In this document: positions 12,611 through 25,775 of the stretch, in pieces
How the letters are laid out: every line of letters starts with the position of its first letter
How positions within the stretch are numbered: position 1 is the first letter of the stretch
Assembly (NCBI RefSeq): GCF_001194135.2
Contig: NC_068999.1
Coordinates: 38,158,182 to 38,222,181 of the forward strand
DNA: 64,000 nt
Source: Octopus bimaculoides
Lineage: Eukaryota
Direction of reading: 5' to 3'
Notes under the pieces: generated by a model
What the model was told of the DNA's origin: nothing
Databases searched by the model: none
What the model saw: only the letters and a program-made list of their open reading frames with translations
Translations under genes and position numbers: made by a program

Positions 12611-13535
12611 TTTTGAGAGAGAGAGAGAGAGAGAGAGAGGGTGATATATAGCTAGATAGATAGATATACATGCATGTATACATAAACATATATGTATATA
12701 TGTGCGCGTGTGCGTGTGTGTGCGTGCGCGTGTGTGTGTGTGCTTGCATGTATGCACACACACGCACACACACACATACACACACATCAACCGGAGAGAA
12801 ATGCCTACACAATAGTGCTGAAAGTTGCATCCGGTTTCATAATAATTTGCTTATGGTATTGCAGCAAATGATCGTTTGATCCCAGGATAGGATTTCAGCA
12901 AATTTTTCAGCAAACTGATATAAATCCCATCAATTATATATAAGAGTGAAACTGCTTTGAACTGTAATCTTTACCATCATAAGATGCCTGAATTACCGTA
13001 AATAGGATCGGATAGGTATATTTATTGTGCTGAGAGAGAAAAAAAATACGAAAACACCAACTGTGACAAGTATCACCTGTGAATCTTTGGTGTTAGTATT
13101 GTGTATGTAGACGCGGTCACCGATAATGATTTCGAGGTCTATTTGTGAGTGTATGCACATGTCTTACTGTGCATGTGGCATACATAGTGAGCGCGCTCTA
13201 TTGCTTGTGAGTATGTGCTTGCGTTTTAATAGACATACATAAGTACACACATGCATACGTGTGCGTGTGTAGAATGTATGTATTTATATACATATATGTT
13301 GCTACTTAGATTGATAGAGAAATAGATTGATGGATGGATTTATAAATCTAGCTTGTTACATGTTGAGTAGAATTTGTATTAGGGCGCACGTGTGTGTGTG
13401 TATGTTAGCATGTGCGTGTATGTATATGCGAGTGCATGAGAGATTGTGTATGCATCTTTATGTTTATCACTTATATATACATGTGCGTGTGCATATATGT
13501 ATGTGTGTGTGCATATATATATATATATGTATATA

Positions 13536-13576
<41 letters not shown>

Positions 13577-13822
13577 GCACGCACAAGCACACGTATATAT
13601 ATATAGATATATGTATATACACATATACACATACTTACATAGATAAGTGTGTGTGTGTGTGTGTGTCTATGCGTGCGTGCTCACACTTTTATGTACGTTT
13701 GTCTAGATTCTTTCTTCCCCACCACTAACACCAAGACCACCACATAACTTCGTAATCTGTTTATTCTCTGTCAAACTCATTGAAGTTCTTTTATAGGTAA
13801 GATACAACACAACGACAAAACC

Positions 13823-13876
<54 letters not shown>

Positions 13877-14009
13877 ACTGTCTCATCGTAACCAATAGCA
13901 GCTCACGCTCCACAGCACCAATCTATAATCGATGATTACAGTTACGAGACAAAATGTTTCATAAACCCTTTGTTATTAACATTACTCTTATTATCGCCAT
14001 TGTAGTCTC

Positions 14010-14097
<88 letters not shown>

Positions 14098-14850
14098 GTC
14101 GTTGTTGTTGTTATTATTCGAGTGATTTACATGGTATGTAATTTCCAAGTGATGTCTTTAGCACGAATCTAAACTTGAGGAAATTTAGTGAGTGCCGTAG
14201 CTAAGCTCAATGCGCTGCTTTAGTTGTTGCTAAGGGGAAATGAAAATGGCTATTCAAGTGAGAAAAATTTATATCATATCACTAGAGAGCCACTTCTTCT
14301 CCACCATCGAGCAATTAGATGGCGAAACATACAGGCATACACACACACATGCACGCTCACACGCACATTCGCGATCACATACGCCGTGCAACAGACACAT
14401 GTAATATACACGCGTATGTATGTAGTATACGTGTGTCTATGCCTGTGCAAAATTTCATGTGAATGCGTTCACACATATACGGATTTACGTGTGTGGAGAT
14501 ATACATACATACATACATATACACACACACACACATATATATATATGTGTGTGTGTATGTGTGTGTGTGTGTGTATATATATCTATATATATATATATGT
14601 ATATACATATATATATACACATACATATATTTGCATATATACATATATCTATACACACACATACACACACACACACATATATCCATATAGTATATGCATA
14701 TACATAGTAATTTACATATAAGTGTGTGTCTGTGTGTGTGCATATATGCATATATGTGTGTATGTGTGACTTATATAGTATGTGCGTTGAATATATGTGT
14801 GCGTGTTTGGAAGTGCACATATGAATCCATGTGTTTATACATCTTTGTAA

Positions 14851-14902
<52 letters not shown>

Positions 14903-15925
14903 CTATGTATACGTGGAGGCATATACACACCCGCATACACACCTACAGACATACCGTTGTACATATTTGCAAGCATATTATCGGTGCTGCTTCGCTGAAC
15001 GTTTGTTAGCGAACGATCGAGAAAGCCAATAACAATTTACGTCGCGTAAAACGTTCTTTTTGGTGAGCAACACTTGAAGGAGAAGACTTCAAAATGATAC
15101 AACAGACACGACTGCAAGTGATGCCGCTGCTGCTGCCGCTGCTGCTGCTGCTGCTGCTGCTGCTGTGGCTTCCAGTTTCGCTTTTGTTTAAATGAAATAA
15201 TAGATACCTTTGCTGCTGTATCTGCAGTTATCCTGGCTGCTGCAGTTGTTCATCTATCTTCGTGTTTGGTCAGATAATATAACAGACATCACTGTAGCTC
15301 TAACTGCATATACTTTTGTTGTTGTTGTTGCTGTTGTTGTTGTTGTTACTGCTGCTCCTGTTGTTGTTGCCGCTTCTGCTCTCTTGCTTCAGGTTCGGCT
15401 CTGGCCAAATGCCTTTTAACAATGACTGACCTCTCATATGTTACGCCCAATGTTCTTGAACATTTTACGTTGTGAGAACGTTTTAATTACATGTTGGACT
15501 TACTTACGTATTGAGATCTAAAAACAGAAATTGTGAAACCGTTCACCAGTCAACCGTGACGATGTTGCTGGGCTAGCGTTTACCATTCAGATACTCTTCG
15601 ATTAAATAACATCTCTCAAAGAATTAAATTAACTTTCTATCTCATGTCTTCTCGTCAGCAGTTATTACTTTATCATGTTCTTTCTTTTGATTTCTGTTAC
15701 CGTCAGCGTAACGTATACACGCATGGAAGCACACGCACACACATGCACACACATACGCACACATACATACATATGCGTACTCGTGTACTCTAACACACGC
15801 TGTCACAAACAGAGACATATAAGGGATAGAAACACAAATACATACATATGGTAATATATAATTGCTTATAAATACATACATATATGATTACATTCATACA
15901 CTTACACACGTGCACCTACTTACAT

Positions 15926-15964
<39 letters not shown>

Positions 15965-17357
15965 CTATCTATCTCTCTGTATGTATACACACACACACAT
16001 ATATATATACACAGACATATACGCGTGTGTATGCATACGCATTACTCTTATTTCCAAGGATTTTAGTACGGCCATATATTATATGTGAATGAAACTGTTA
16101 ATATATGAATGCGGAAGAGATAGTTGAATAACTGTAAACCTACTTTCGGGCCACCCTGTATAAGAGAAAGAAAGGCGTTACTTCGTATATTTCAGCAAAA
16201 TGATATCATTAATTCAATTTATTTGTTGAGCATGTCTTGTAGATTTGTTTTAAATTGGATTTGTTTAATTTTCCTGAAAAACAGCATTGTTTGATAGGAT
16301 ATGACCTTTGTCAAAAGACAATTGTTTCTAAATAGTTTTATATTCTCAAGAGTTTAGGACCGCCTCATCAAGCTAATTCAGGGTACTTGTTACATAGAGG
16401 ATGGGAAAATAGATTTATAAAGGTTTCAGAATCATAAGGTTCGCCAGTATTTATTACCTACAGAGTATGATTTTACAAAACATTGTATTCCATTTTATAT
16501 CCAGTAATATGTCTGCCGGGTTTATTCGGTCAACAACGTGTTACCATTAATGCCTTAATTTTAAAAGGGTGCTTAACTTGATAAATTTCGTTTGATTATT
16601 TAGTCTCGAAAGTTATATTTGTACCCAGGGGTAACATTTAAAAGGGAATTTGAAATATCTTTAAGCTACAAATGTTATTACTTTCTACGTTGAATTTCGG
16701 AACATTTAAGAATTAGGTTTTAATTAACGTTTAATTAAATCATTGATATACGGCGATAATATGTTTATACTTTTTAATCCAAATGAAAATTTGCTATGAA
16801 AAGTACAGGCTCTCTTGCTTTTCAGAATCTTTCCGTGTTACTACCTGGATAGGGGCTATTAACTTCGCTGACTTAGGCATGAGTGTAAGAACTGGTTCTG
16901 TGGATAATAAAATAAATATTCTTGACAGCAAATTGAAGGCAACGGCAATATTTTAACCAAGCTTGTTCTAAAATATTGCATTGAGATTCAAATGTATATT
17001 ATTCCTAAGAGACAGGTGAGAAATAAGCTTGAGATTACGTACGATAAAAAATATGGTATATTGTGAATTCATTCCAATAACAAAATACCTGCTATTGAGA
17101 TTTTAATCATGCTCACACACGCGCGCACACACACGTACAGACACATATATATACACACGCACACACACACACATATATCTGTGTATGCATATGTATGTGC
17201 GTGTGCGTGTGTATATGGAAGTGTGTACAATTATATGAGTACATGCATGTATTAATATGTACACATGCGTGCACGCATTATATGTATACACACATTTGCA
17301 CACACATTCATACACATAGAAACATATATATATATATAATGATATATATATATATAA

Positions 17358-17400
<43 letters not shown>

Positions 17401-17469
17401 NNNNNNNNNNNNNNNNNNNNNNNNNNNNNNNNNNNNNNNNNNTATATAATGATATATATATATATATAA

Positions 17470-17503
<34 letters not shown>

Positions 17504-17852
17504 GTATGTGTGTGTTTGTATATATGTATGTATGTATGTATGTATGTAGACCTACACATATAAGCACACGTGCATACAACTGCTACATCAGACATCATAA
17601 GCTAGTTTAAATATCTTTTATGCAAACACAATCCACGTTAATTTAGTCTTAGATAGTGACTGTCTGCTGTGATTGCATAGCTTCACTTCAGAATTAAATT
17701 TTCGCGTCGGGCGAAATAGCAACAAGATGGCGTCTTAGCCCTCTATCACTCTTCCTCCCTCTCTTTCTCTGTCTGTCTGTCTGTCTGTCTGTCTCTGCCT
17801 GTCTCTGTCTCTCTGTATCCGTCCCTGTCTGTCTGTTCGTCTGTCTGTCTGG

Positions 17853-17933
<81 letters not shown>

Positions 17934-18127
17934 TCTGTCTCGTCACCTCTCCTTCCTTAATAGCATTGTATTTGTTGTTTTTTTGCCCTACTTAATTATC
18001 CAAATATATTACTATTGCGAATCTACATTGTATTCATATATACTCCTCATGTTATTGTTGTTGTTGTTATTATCATTATTATCATTATTATTATCATCAT
18101 CATCAAATTTATTATTATTACTATTAC

Positions 18128-18190
<63 letters not shown>

Positions 18191-18322
18191 TATTATCATT
18201 ATTATTATTATTGTTGTTGTTGTTGTTGTTATTGTTATTATTAGTGACTGTTGGTATATATACGTATATACATANNNNNNNNNNNNNNNNNNNNNNNNNN
18301 NNNNNNNNNNNNNNNNNNNNNN

Positions 18323-18367
<45 letters not shown>

Positions 18368-18896
18368 GCACATTTATATATGTATTTAAACTATCTATCT
18401 AGCTAGCTAGCTAGCTAGATATGTATGTGTGTTTGCGTGTGTTTGTGTTAATACATGTATAGATGATAAGCGGCAATCTGAATCTAATCAAAAGAAAACA
18501 ATGGAAGAAAAAATATCTTCTCTGTAGATAACTTTGAACTTTGTATTTCAAAAAACAAAATGTTTCCTCCCAATTCATGCTATTATGACGAAGTTAGACT
18601 TTCCAGTTCTTTCTTTCCTTATTGGTATAAATACGCAACCAACCATACACACAAATACACACACACACACAGAGAAACAGGTATGAATATATGTATGTAT
18701 GTGTAGATTTTGGTATGTATGCGTCCCTAGGCATATAGACAGGCAGTCAGACAGACAGTCAGAAAGGCAGGCAGGCAGATAAATAGATAATTGGATAGAG
18801 TGAAATCCTGTTATATCTTAAATATTTGGTATTTTCAACAGCACTTTGTTTCGTGAGCAGAGTCTAAACAATAATTCTTATTGTAGCAATTTATAA

Positions 18897-18962
18897 ATGT
18901 GAGTGTGCTTGCTTGAGTATACGGATGTGAGTGTGCTTGCTTGAGTGTAGGGATGTGAGTGT
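18897..18962. repeat. 28-bp tandem repeat (~2.3 copies)
   Basis: atgtgagtgtgcttgcttgagt(a/g)ta(c/g)gg repeated. Confidence 0.85.
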
Positions 18963-19259
18963 AAGTTTGTGCGTAAGATCAAGCTACCAAAGTGTCTTTA
19001 GCTGTGTGGTTATAAAGTCACGGTTGGTCTTGCTACGGAATCTTGAATACCACTATATAGTATGTGTCGCCTGTTAACTCGTGGGAATAATACAAGAAAC
19101 AAACATTCAAATATCACCGCAGCTTTATTCCTCTACTAAATTATAAAGTGGACGAACTACACATATCACGGATTCTGGTGGTTGTTTAGTTCATGCATCG
19201 TTTCGATAATTCAGCTTTGGCCGTCATATCTGGATCTATTCAAAGCAAAATACAAACAT

Positions 19260-19314
<55 letters not shown>

Positions 19315-19316
<2 letters not shown>

Positions 19317-19862
19317 ATGCCCTGATGCAGTTCCAGACAGTGGTTCTCATCGCTTCTGATTTGAACTCATTAGAAGTGTTATTGTGTAGATTGTTTTGTC
19401 TTGGTGTAAAAAATAGGCTACAGCAAATATTCTTCTGAATACCACAGATTTGCTTGTCAGTTGTTTGACCTTAACCAGTTGAGCATGTCCCTTGGTGGCT
19501 GACGATATGTGCATCTCTGATCACGAGCAGAAGTAGTTGAGGAGCATCATAGCAATGTGTTGTGAGGAATTCTTTGGAGTTTAGATAGTTCACCTCTGGA
19601 AACATGGGTGTTTCGTTCAACATCCTTAAACGAGCCTTATTCAAGGACCTTTTGAGCGGGATGGGCTACTCGACCTGAAGAAAATTCTAACTGGGCCCCA
19701 TCTGCTGGGTCATGCGCTGTGTATGTTGATATGAGATTACCATGTCGCGCATATATGGTTGTGATGCATGTACCCGGTGTACCCTTATCAGACGGGTAGC
19801 CATGAAGAGTATACTGGGCTTCGTATATTTATACCCCAGTGTCACTTTGATGGCATGCACTG
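19315..19862 (+). mobile_element. Unclassified non-coding interspersed repeat (longest copy)
   Basis: Its 3' part is homologous to 59770-59975 (+) and 44878-44985 (-): aattctaac..aggtcatgcgct..ccatgtcgcgca..ttgtgatgcatg..tacccttatcaga..gggcttcgtatattt..gcatgcact. Confidence 0.75.
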
Positions 19863-20370
19863 CCTGGATATTTATAACTTTCTCCTCCTTTCAATGATTT
19901 TAATGTCTGGCCATCTGGTAATTGGATGCCTTCACTGTCGACTACCAATCCCCTTCTCATGACCAATGTTGCATACTTATCTATGTCAAATTCCATGCCT
20001 GTATCTTTGCTGAAGAGTCTTACAGTCTGTACTAAGGAATCTATCTCTTTTCCATTCTTACTAAAAAGCTTCAGGTCATCCTTGTAGAGCAAATGGTTAA
20101 TTTTCCCTTTACTGTTTCTAAACTGATACCCTGCCTTTGCCTTTAATACTAAACCGAGGGAAATCAAACATAACACAAATATTAAAGGAGACAACAACTC
20201 CCCCTGGAATCTTTTGATATTAACTTTCCTTAAGACTGTGTCACCTGAGTATAGATCTACTTTCCATTTCTTCATGCTAAAACTAATTAATTCTCTTACG
20301 TTTTGTCTGCAATACTGAATATACTCAGACATTCTCTTATCCACGAGTGTGGGATCCTGTCATAGGTTTC
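19862..20370 (-). mobile_element. R4/Dong-like LINE reverse transcriptase fragment (pseudogenised)
   Basis: YDRIPHSWIRECL...FQGELLSPLIFVLCL...INHLLYKDDLKLF...GMEFDIDK...YKYPG; RT motifs QGxxLSP and YxDD. Confidence 0.9.
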
Positions 20371-21381
20371 TTATTATTTTTATTATTACTATTATTATTG
20401 TTGTTGTTGTTTTTGATTTTTTTTTTGCTGCTGCTGCTGTTGTTGTTGTTATTATTTCTACTTATAGGATATAATAGGAGAAACATTAATGAAACTGCAT
20501 ATTCGATCCTACAACTTGAAGGAAAATATGTTTGATAAACAATTCCGCTCTTCTTGGAATTGCATCACTACGTAGACAATAGTTACTACACATTTACATA
20601 CTTACATACAAACATACAAACGCATACATATATACAGACATACATAGTTACATATATACATACATACATGCATACATACATACATACATACATACATACA
20701 TACATACATACATACATACATACATACATACATACACACGTACCTACGTACGTACGTACATAGATACATGCATATACACGTACGTACGTACGTACATATA
20801 TACATATATTAGCAGAATCCTCTTTCCTAAGGGTGGACAATACAACAAAGATTAGATATGGAGTCAATNNNNNNNNNNNNNNNNNNNNNNNNNNNNNNNN
20901 NNNNNNNNNNNNNNNNNNNNNNNNNNNNNNNNNNNNNNNNNNNNNNNNNNNNNNNNNNNNNNNNNNNNNNNNNNNNNNNNNNNNNNNNNNNNNNNNNNNN
21001 NNNNNNNNNNNNNNNNNNNNNNNNNNNNNNNNNNNNNNNNNNNNNNNNNNNNNNNNNNNNNNNNNNNNNNNNNNNNNNNNNNNNNNNNNNNNNNNNNNNN
21101 NNNNNNNNNNNNNNNNNNNNNNNNNNNNNNNNNNNNNNNNNNNNNNNNNNNNNNNNNNNNNNNNNNNNNNNNNNNNNNNNNNNNNNNNNNNNNNNNNNNN
21201 NNNNNNNNNNNNNNNNNNNNNNNNNNNNNNNNNNNNNNNNNNNNNNNNNNNNNNNNNNNNNNNNNNNNNNNNNNNNNNNNNNNNNNNNNNNNNATATATA
21301 TATATATACACACATCCATATATGTGTGTATGTGTGTATACGAGCATACATACTTATGGGTGGATGGATGTCGATATGCAA

Positions 21382-21468
<87 letters not shown>

Positions 21469-21618
21469 GTGTGTGTGTATGTGTGTGCATGTATTTGCAT
21501 GTGTGTGTGTGTGTGTGTTCTAAAAGTTTAGTCTTTGTACGTGATAAGTAGCTCCTTTGTGTTCGACCCTTCCTGTCGACGATACCCACACAAAGCGCAC
21601 CTCTTATTCAAAGCTCAC

Positions 21619-21705
21619 CTGTTCCATGTCTCTATTACCATCATCGGAAATTCGATTCCTCCCTTCCAATTCAAACCAGTGAATAGAATATCTAAGCTCA
21701 AGTTC
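21619..21705 (-). CDS. Candidate 87-nt internal exon, product unknown
   Basis: ctatatag|GAA CTT...GAA CAG|gtgagc; phase 0-0, ELELRYSIHWFELEGRNRISDDGNRDMEQ. Confidence 0.25.
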
Positions 21706-22153
21706 CTATATAGCCCAAGATATGTTTGTTATAGAAAACCAAATTAAATATATGTCCATGTCTTTTGTGATCGTGAACCTACGTCAGTAACATCGATTTG
21801 TCACCACAAAAAACGCTGGGCGTCCTATCTTGTTGAGGCGTTAAAACCAGGGCCTCGAGGGAGTCGCTTTACCGACGTGAAGAAGCTGCTCCTTCTCCTC
21901 TTTCTCCTCCTCCTCTCCTCATCATCACCATCGTTGTCATCACCTCGACCGTTATCAGGAAAAAGAGCGAGAGAAAGTTGTGGTAAAAGAGTAAATGCAG
22001 GTGCGTTACAAACATATACACTGAAATATTGTTGTATAGCAATTTCATTAAATTTCCGTTTGGTATTTGGTAATGTTAAAGAAATACACGTAGAGAGGAA
22101 AACAAAAACACTAGTATACCTTTATATGTATATAGGAACATACATATATACAT

Positions 22154-22189
<36 letters not shown>

Positions 22190-24569
22190 ATATATATATA
22201 TATATATATANNNNNNNNNNNNNNNNNNNNNNNNNNNNNNNNNNNNNNNNNNNNNNNNNNNNNNNNNNNNNNNNNNNNNNNNNNNNNNNNNNNNNNNNNN
22301 NNNNNNNNNNNNNNNNNNNNNNNNNNNNNNNNNNNNNNNNNNNNNNNNNNNNNNNNNNNNNNNNNNNNNNNNNNNNNNNNNNNNNNNNNNNNNNNNNNNN
22401 NNNNNNNNNNNNNNNNNNNNNNNNNNNNNNNNNNNNNNNNNNNNNNNNNNNNNNNNNNNNNNNNNNNNNNNNNNNNNNNNNNNNNNNNNNNNNNNNNNNN
22501 NNNNNNNNNNNNNNNNNNNNNNNNNNNNNNNNNNNNNNNNNNNNNNNNNNNNNNNNNNNNNNNNNNNNNNNNNNNNNNNNNNNNNNNNNNNNNNNNNNNN
22601 NNNNNNNNNNNNNNNNNNNNNNNNNNNNNNNNNNNNNNNNNNNNNNNNNNNNNNNNNNNNNNNNNNNNNNNNNNNNNNNNNNNNNNNNNNNNNNNNNNNN
22701 NNNNNNNNNNNNNNNNNNNNNNNNNNNNNNNNNNNNNNNNNNNNNNNNNNNNNNNNNNNNNNNNNNNNNNNATATATACAATGCTTGCATACAACAAACC
22801 ACAGCTGAAATTACACATTATAAACGACTCTCATGTTTCCAAACTGACGAACATTAAATAACTCGACTATAAACACTTACAAAGTATTTCTTTATGAGAT
22901 TCTATGTAAGAAAAAAAATAACATTATTTTATTGCCTATTATAGATTTTTATTAGCTTGTATCAGTCGCAAAGACGCGTTGTTGTAGATTTAACTTAGTT
23001 TTGTCAAACAAAGTTTTCCGAAAAAAAGATAAAAATGAATACAAGTTAACAGGATATCATCGATGTAGTATAATAATGACGGTTGACTGATATTATGATA
23101 GAAGATAATAATGTCTAATAACATTGTAGAAATGTGTTTGTATTGGGTGACCAGTTGGTCGATTCTTTATGGTGTTAGACAGAATAACTTGCAGTATTCG
23201 AGCCAGCCCTCTTTCATTTCCGTTCGTATCATACCAAGCGAGGTACATTTTGTGTTTCACCCTTTCAAGTATGATAAGTAAAGAATGATCTTTGGTTTGA
23301 GTTCATAGGTCTGCGGGATTATAATGAGTCCAGAATAATCCGAAAACAACCAAAAATTGGTCTTCGGTATCCCGAGTAAGCGCAACGAATATATAAATAC
23401 TCATAACTCTCTTGTTATTTAATCTGTTTAATAAACACGTTAGTATTTTATTTATATTTAATTTGGAAGGATATCACCTTTGTTTTGACTTTAATGGCAA
23501 AGTTGTTAAAGTGATTGAAATGCTAATGACTTAGTCAGACTTTTATGAATACGTTAGAAATAGATTGCGTGTCAAAACAATTTTGATAAGAAGGATTACC
23601 AGAAAAATAAACTAATCCCTTAATAATAATGTAACTCTTTTTTTTTTTAAATCACAGAGGGTTTACATTACGAAAAATCATTTCGGACAGTACAGAACAA
23701 ATCAAAGAATTTATGCGTGTGTTGTTGCTGTTGTTGTGAGGGTTTTGTGCTTGAAAAAAGAAAATTCAAATTCAACTCTATGTATTCCTCAAGAGGGAGG
23801 AGACCTTCAATGGGTGTCCATGGAAAAACCCCATAATAACCATGGGTACCCTGACGTTTGGGGCAGGTGCCTTCTTGTACCTTTTCTCCAACTTCATCAA
23901 TTTATTGACTTTGTGAATATTACCACGTAGTTTGTAATGCTAGTCTCTTCACTTTGAGTCTGTTGCTGCTGCTGCTGCTGTTGATATAGGTGATGTTGCG
24001 GTTGTTTTTGTCCTTTTGGTTGTGATTGTTGCTATTGTGGTTGTGTGTGGTGGATGGGTTGTGTTTGTGGTGTTGTTGGTTGAGGTAGTATTTCAATTGT
24101 TTGTGGTAGTGGAGGCGATGCATTGTCTGTTTCGGGTGTATTTAGTTTTTGTTTTTCCTCTCCACCGCTCGTGTGGATGAGGCGAAACCGGAATACACTA
24201 AATGCATATTAATCGAGAGAGAAAAATACACAAAATTAAAAGAAACATTGACCCGTTAAGAGAGGAGGTACAATACGAAACCCTACCTCCTGAATTAAAT
24301 GAATAGTTTCTCACGCTGTAGAACTGCTACTGCGCCGCTGGAATGGGTTACACCGAGAACTGGAAGTAGGACGGAAGATTCCAATATTGTGACTTAACAA
24401 AACAGGTTACTTTCACAGCAAAAAAAACAACAAAAAAACACATCTATTTTTCTTTATTATAGGCATAACCACATGTGTGCCAAATGAGAATGATTTTAAA
24501 GTTAAACATTTTCACATAAACTATAAAAAAAGTTTTAAAAAAAAGGATATTAAATTGTTGAATTAACAG

Positions 24570-24662
24570 AGTAAACCCGAAAGGAGAGGAGGTAGAATAC
24601 GACACCCAACCTCCAGCCGTGGATTGCGAAGACATAATACAGTACCAGCACTGGTAAATAAA
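24570..24662 (+). CDS. Candidate 93-nt internal exon, product unknown
   Basis: ttgaattaacag|AGT AAA...AAT AAA|gtaagt; phase 0-0, SKPERRGGRIRHPTSSRGLRRHNTVPALVNK. Overlaps the duplicated hairpin motif, so other readings are possible. Confidence 0.25.
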
Positions 24663-25139
24663 GTAAGTAAACTTTTTAATGATGAAAATTTGAAAAAAAA
24701 CTGAAAACAAAAACATGTAAACGTAACCATCCAGAGTGGGACGCGAGTGGCGATTTTACTTTCAATTTTTTATATAATTTCACCTTTCATCCGTTTCCTG
24801 TTTTTATCCCCACTTGTATTGTTCTGTCTGTTCTTGTGTCATCCACTCTGTAATTCGGGCCTTTGTGCCTAATAAAGAATCAGTACAGGAGATAAACACC
24901 TTTCGCTTTCCAATGTAGCGCTATTCAGACAGGCTTACCACAAAGAAACAAACACGTGCAATTTCGCTTCTACACTAATGGCTGCTGCAGATATTAATAT
25001 CAACACTGAAAACAGAACTACATACATACCATACATATACGCACACAGATACATCCATACATGTATACATATACATATTTACATACACGCATGCACAAAT
25101 TAAAAACGTACACTAATGTAATTATGATTTCCAATTTAA

Positions 25140-25330
25140 GTACAAGGCCACTAATTTTGGCCGGAAGGGGTTTGTCGATCACATCAATCCCAGTACTTCA
25201 CTGCCAGCATACTTTATTCATGTAGGAGAGATAAAAAAAACAACACTAATCTCAGATGGATTTGAACCACGAACACTAACAAATACCGCAATGCGTTTTG
25301 TTCGACACTCTAAAGATTTTGGCAAATGCG
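25140..25330 (-). mobile_element. Degenerate tRNA-derived SINE (family B)
   Basis: Reverse match to the 44664-44888 copy (aggcc..aatttt, cccagtact, gatttgaac). Confidence 0.6.
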
Positions 25331-25439
25331 ATTTTTACACTGAAATTTTCCGTTCTATTATGGCTAACACAGTTAACAGATCGCAGTCACCTTTTCAATA
25401 TCAGTGAAGAATTTCACTGGAAAAGAAGATATAAGTTTG

Positions 25440-25649
25440 CCAGGTTTTTGTCTCTCTCACCAAGGTCATCAGCTGTCGGACGCCGACGAAGGGAAATAAC
25501 CCTGAAATCCGGATAGTTCGTGCTGCAGATCGAGGTGAGAGGGATAACTTCCCTTGGCAAACAGGACACAGTCGTGTGTCGATAAGCCAGCTGGAGGAGA
25601 TGTCCTCCTGGGGCTAAAAGCAACAGTAACATCCACCCCTAGGGGTCAG
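25440..25649 (+). mobile_element. Small hammerhead-bearing element (Penelope/retrozyme-like), truncated by gap
   Basis: GC-richer island beginning with a hammerhead motif; no ORF recognised. Confidence 0.45.
25477..25520 (+). ncRNA. Minimal type I hammerhead ribozyme-like motif (CCGACGA core variant)
   Basis: CGGAC-g-CCGACGA-AGGG-AAATAA-CCCT-GAA-ATCCGGAT-A-GTTCG: stem I CGGAC/GTTCG, perfect 4-bp stem II, 8-nt palindromic stem III. Confidence 0.65.
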
Positions 25650-25734
25650 NNNNNNNNNNTATACATATATATGCATGCATGTGTATATATCTTCTATATA
25701 TATTGTTACGTATATGTGATAGTGTCCAGTTATT

Positions 25735-25775
<41 letters not shown>

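Noticed and set aside
16148-16160. gggccaccctgTA resembling a Tc1/mariner inverted-repeat end
   Set aside because: No partner repeat or transposase nearby; too short to call.
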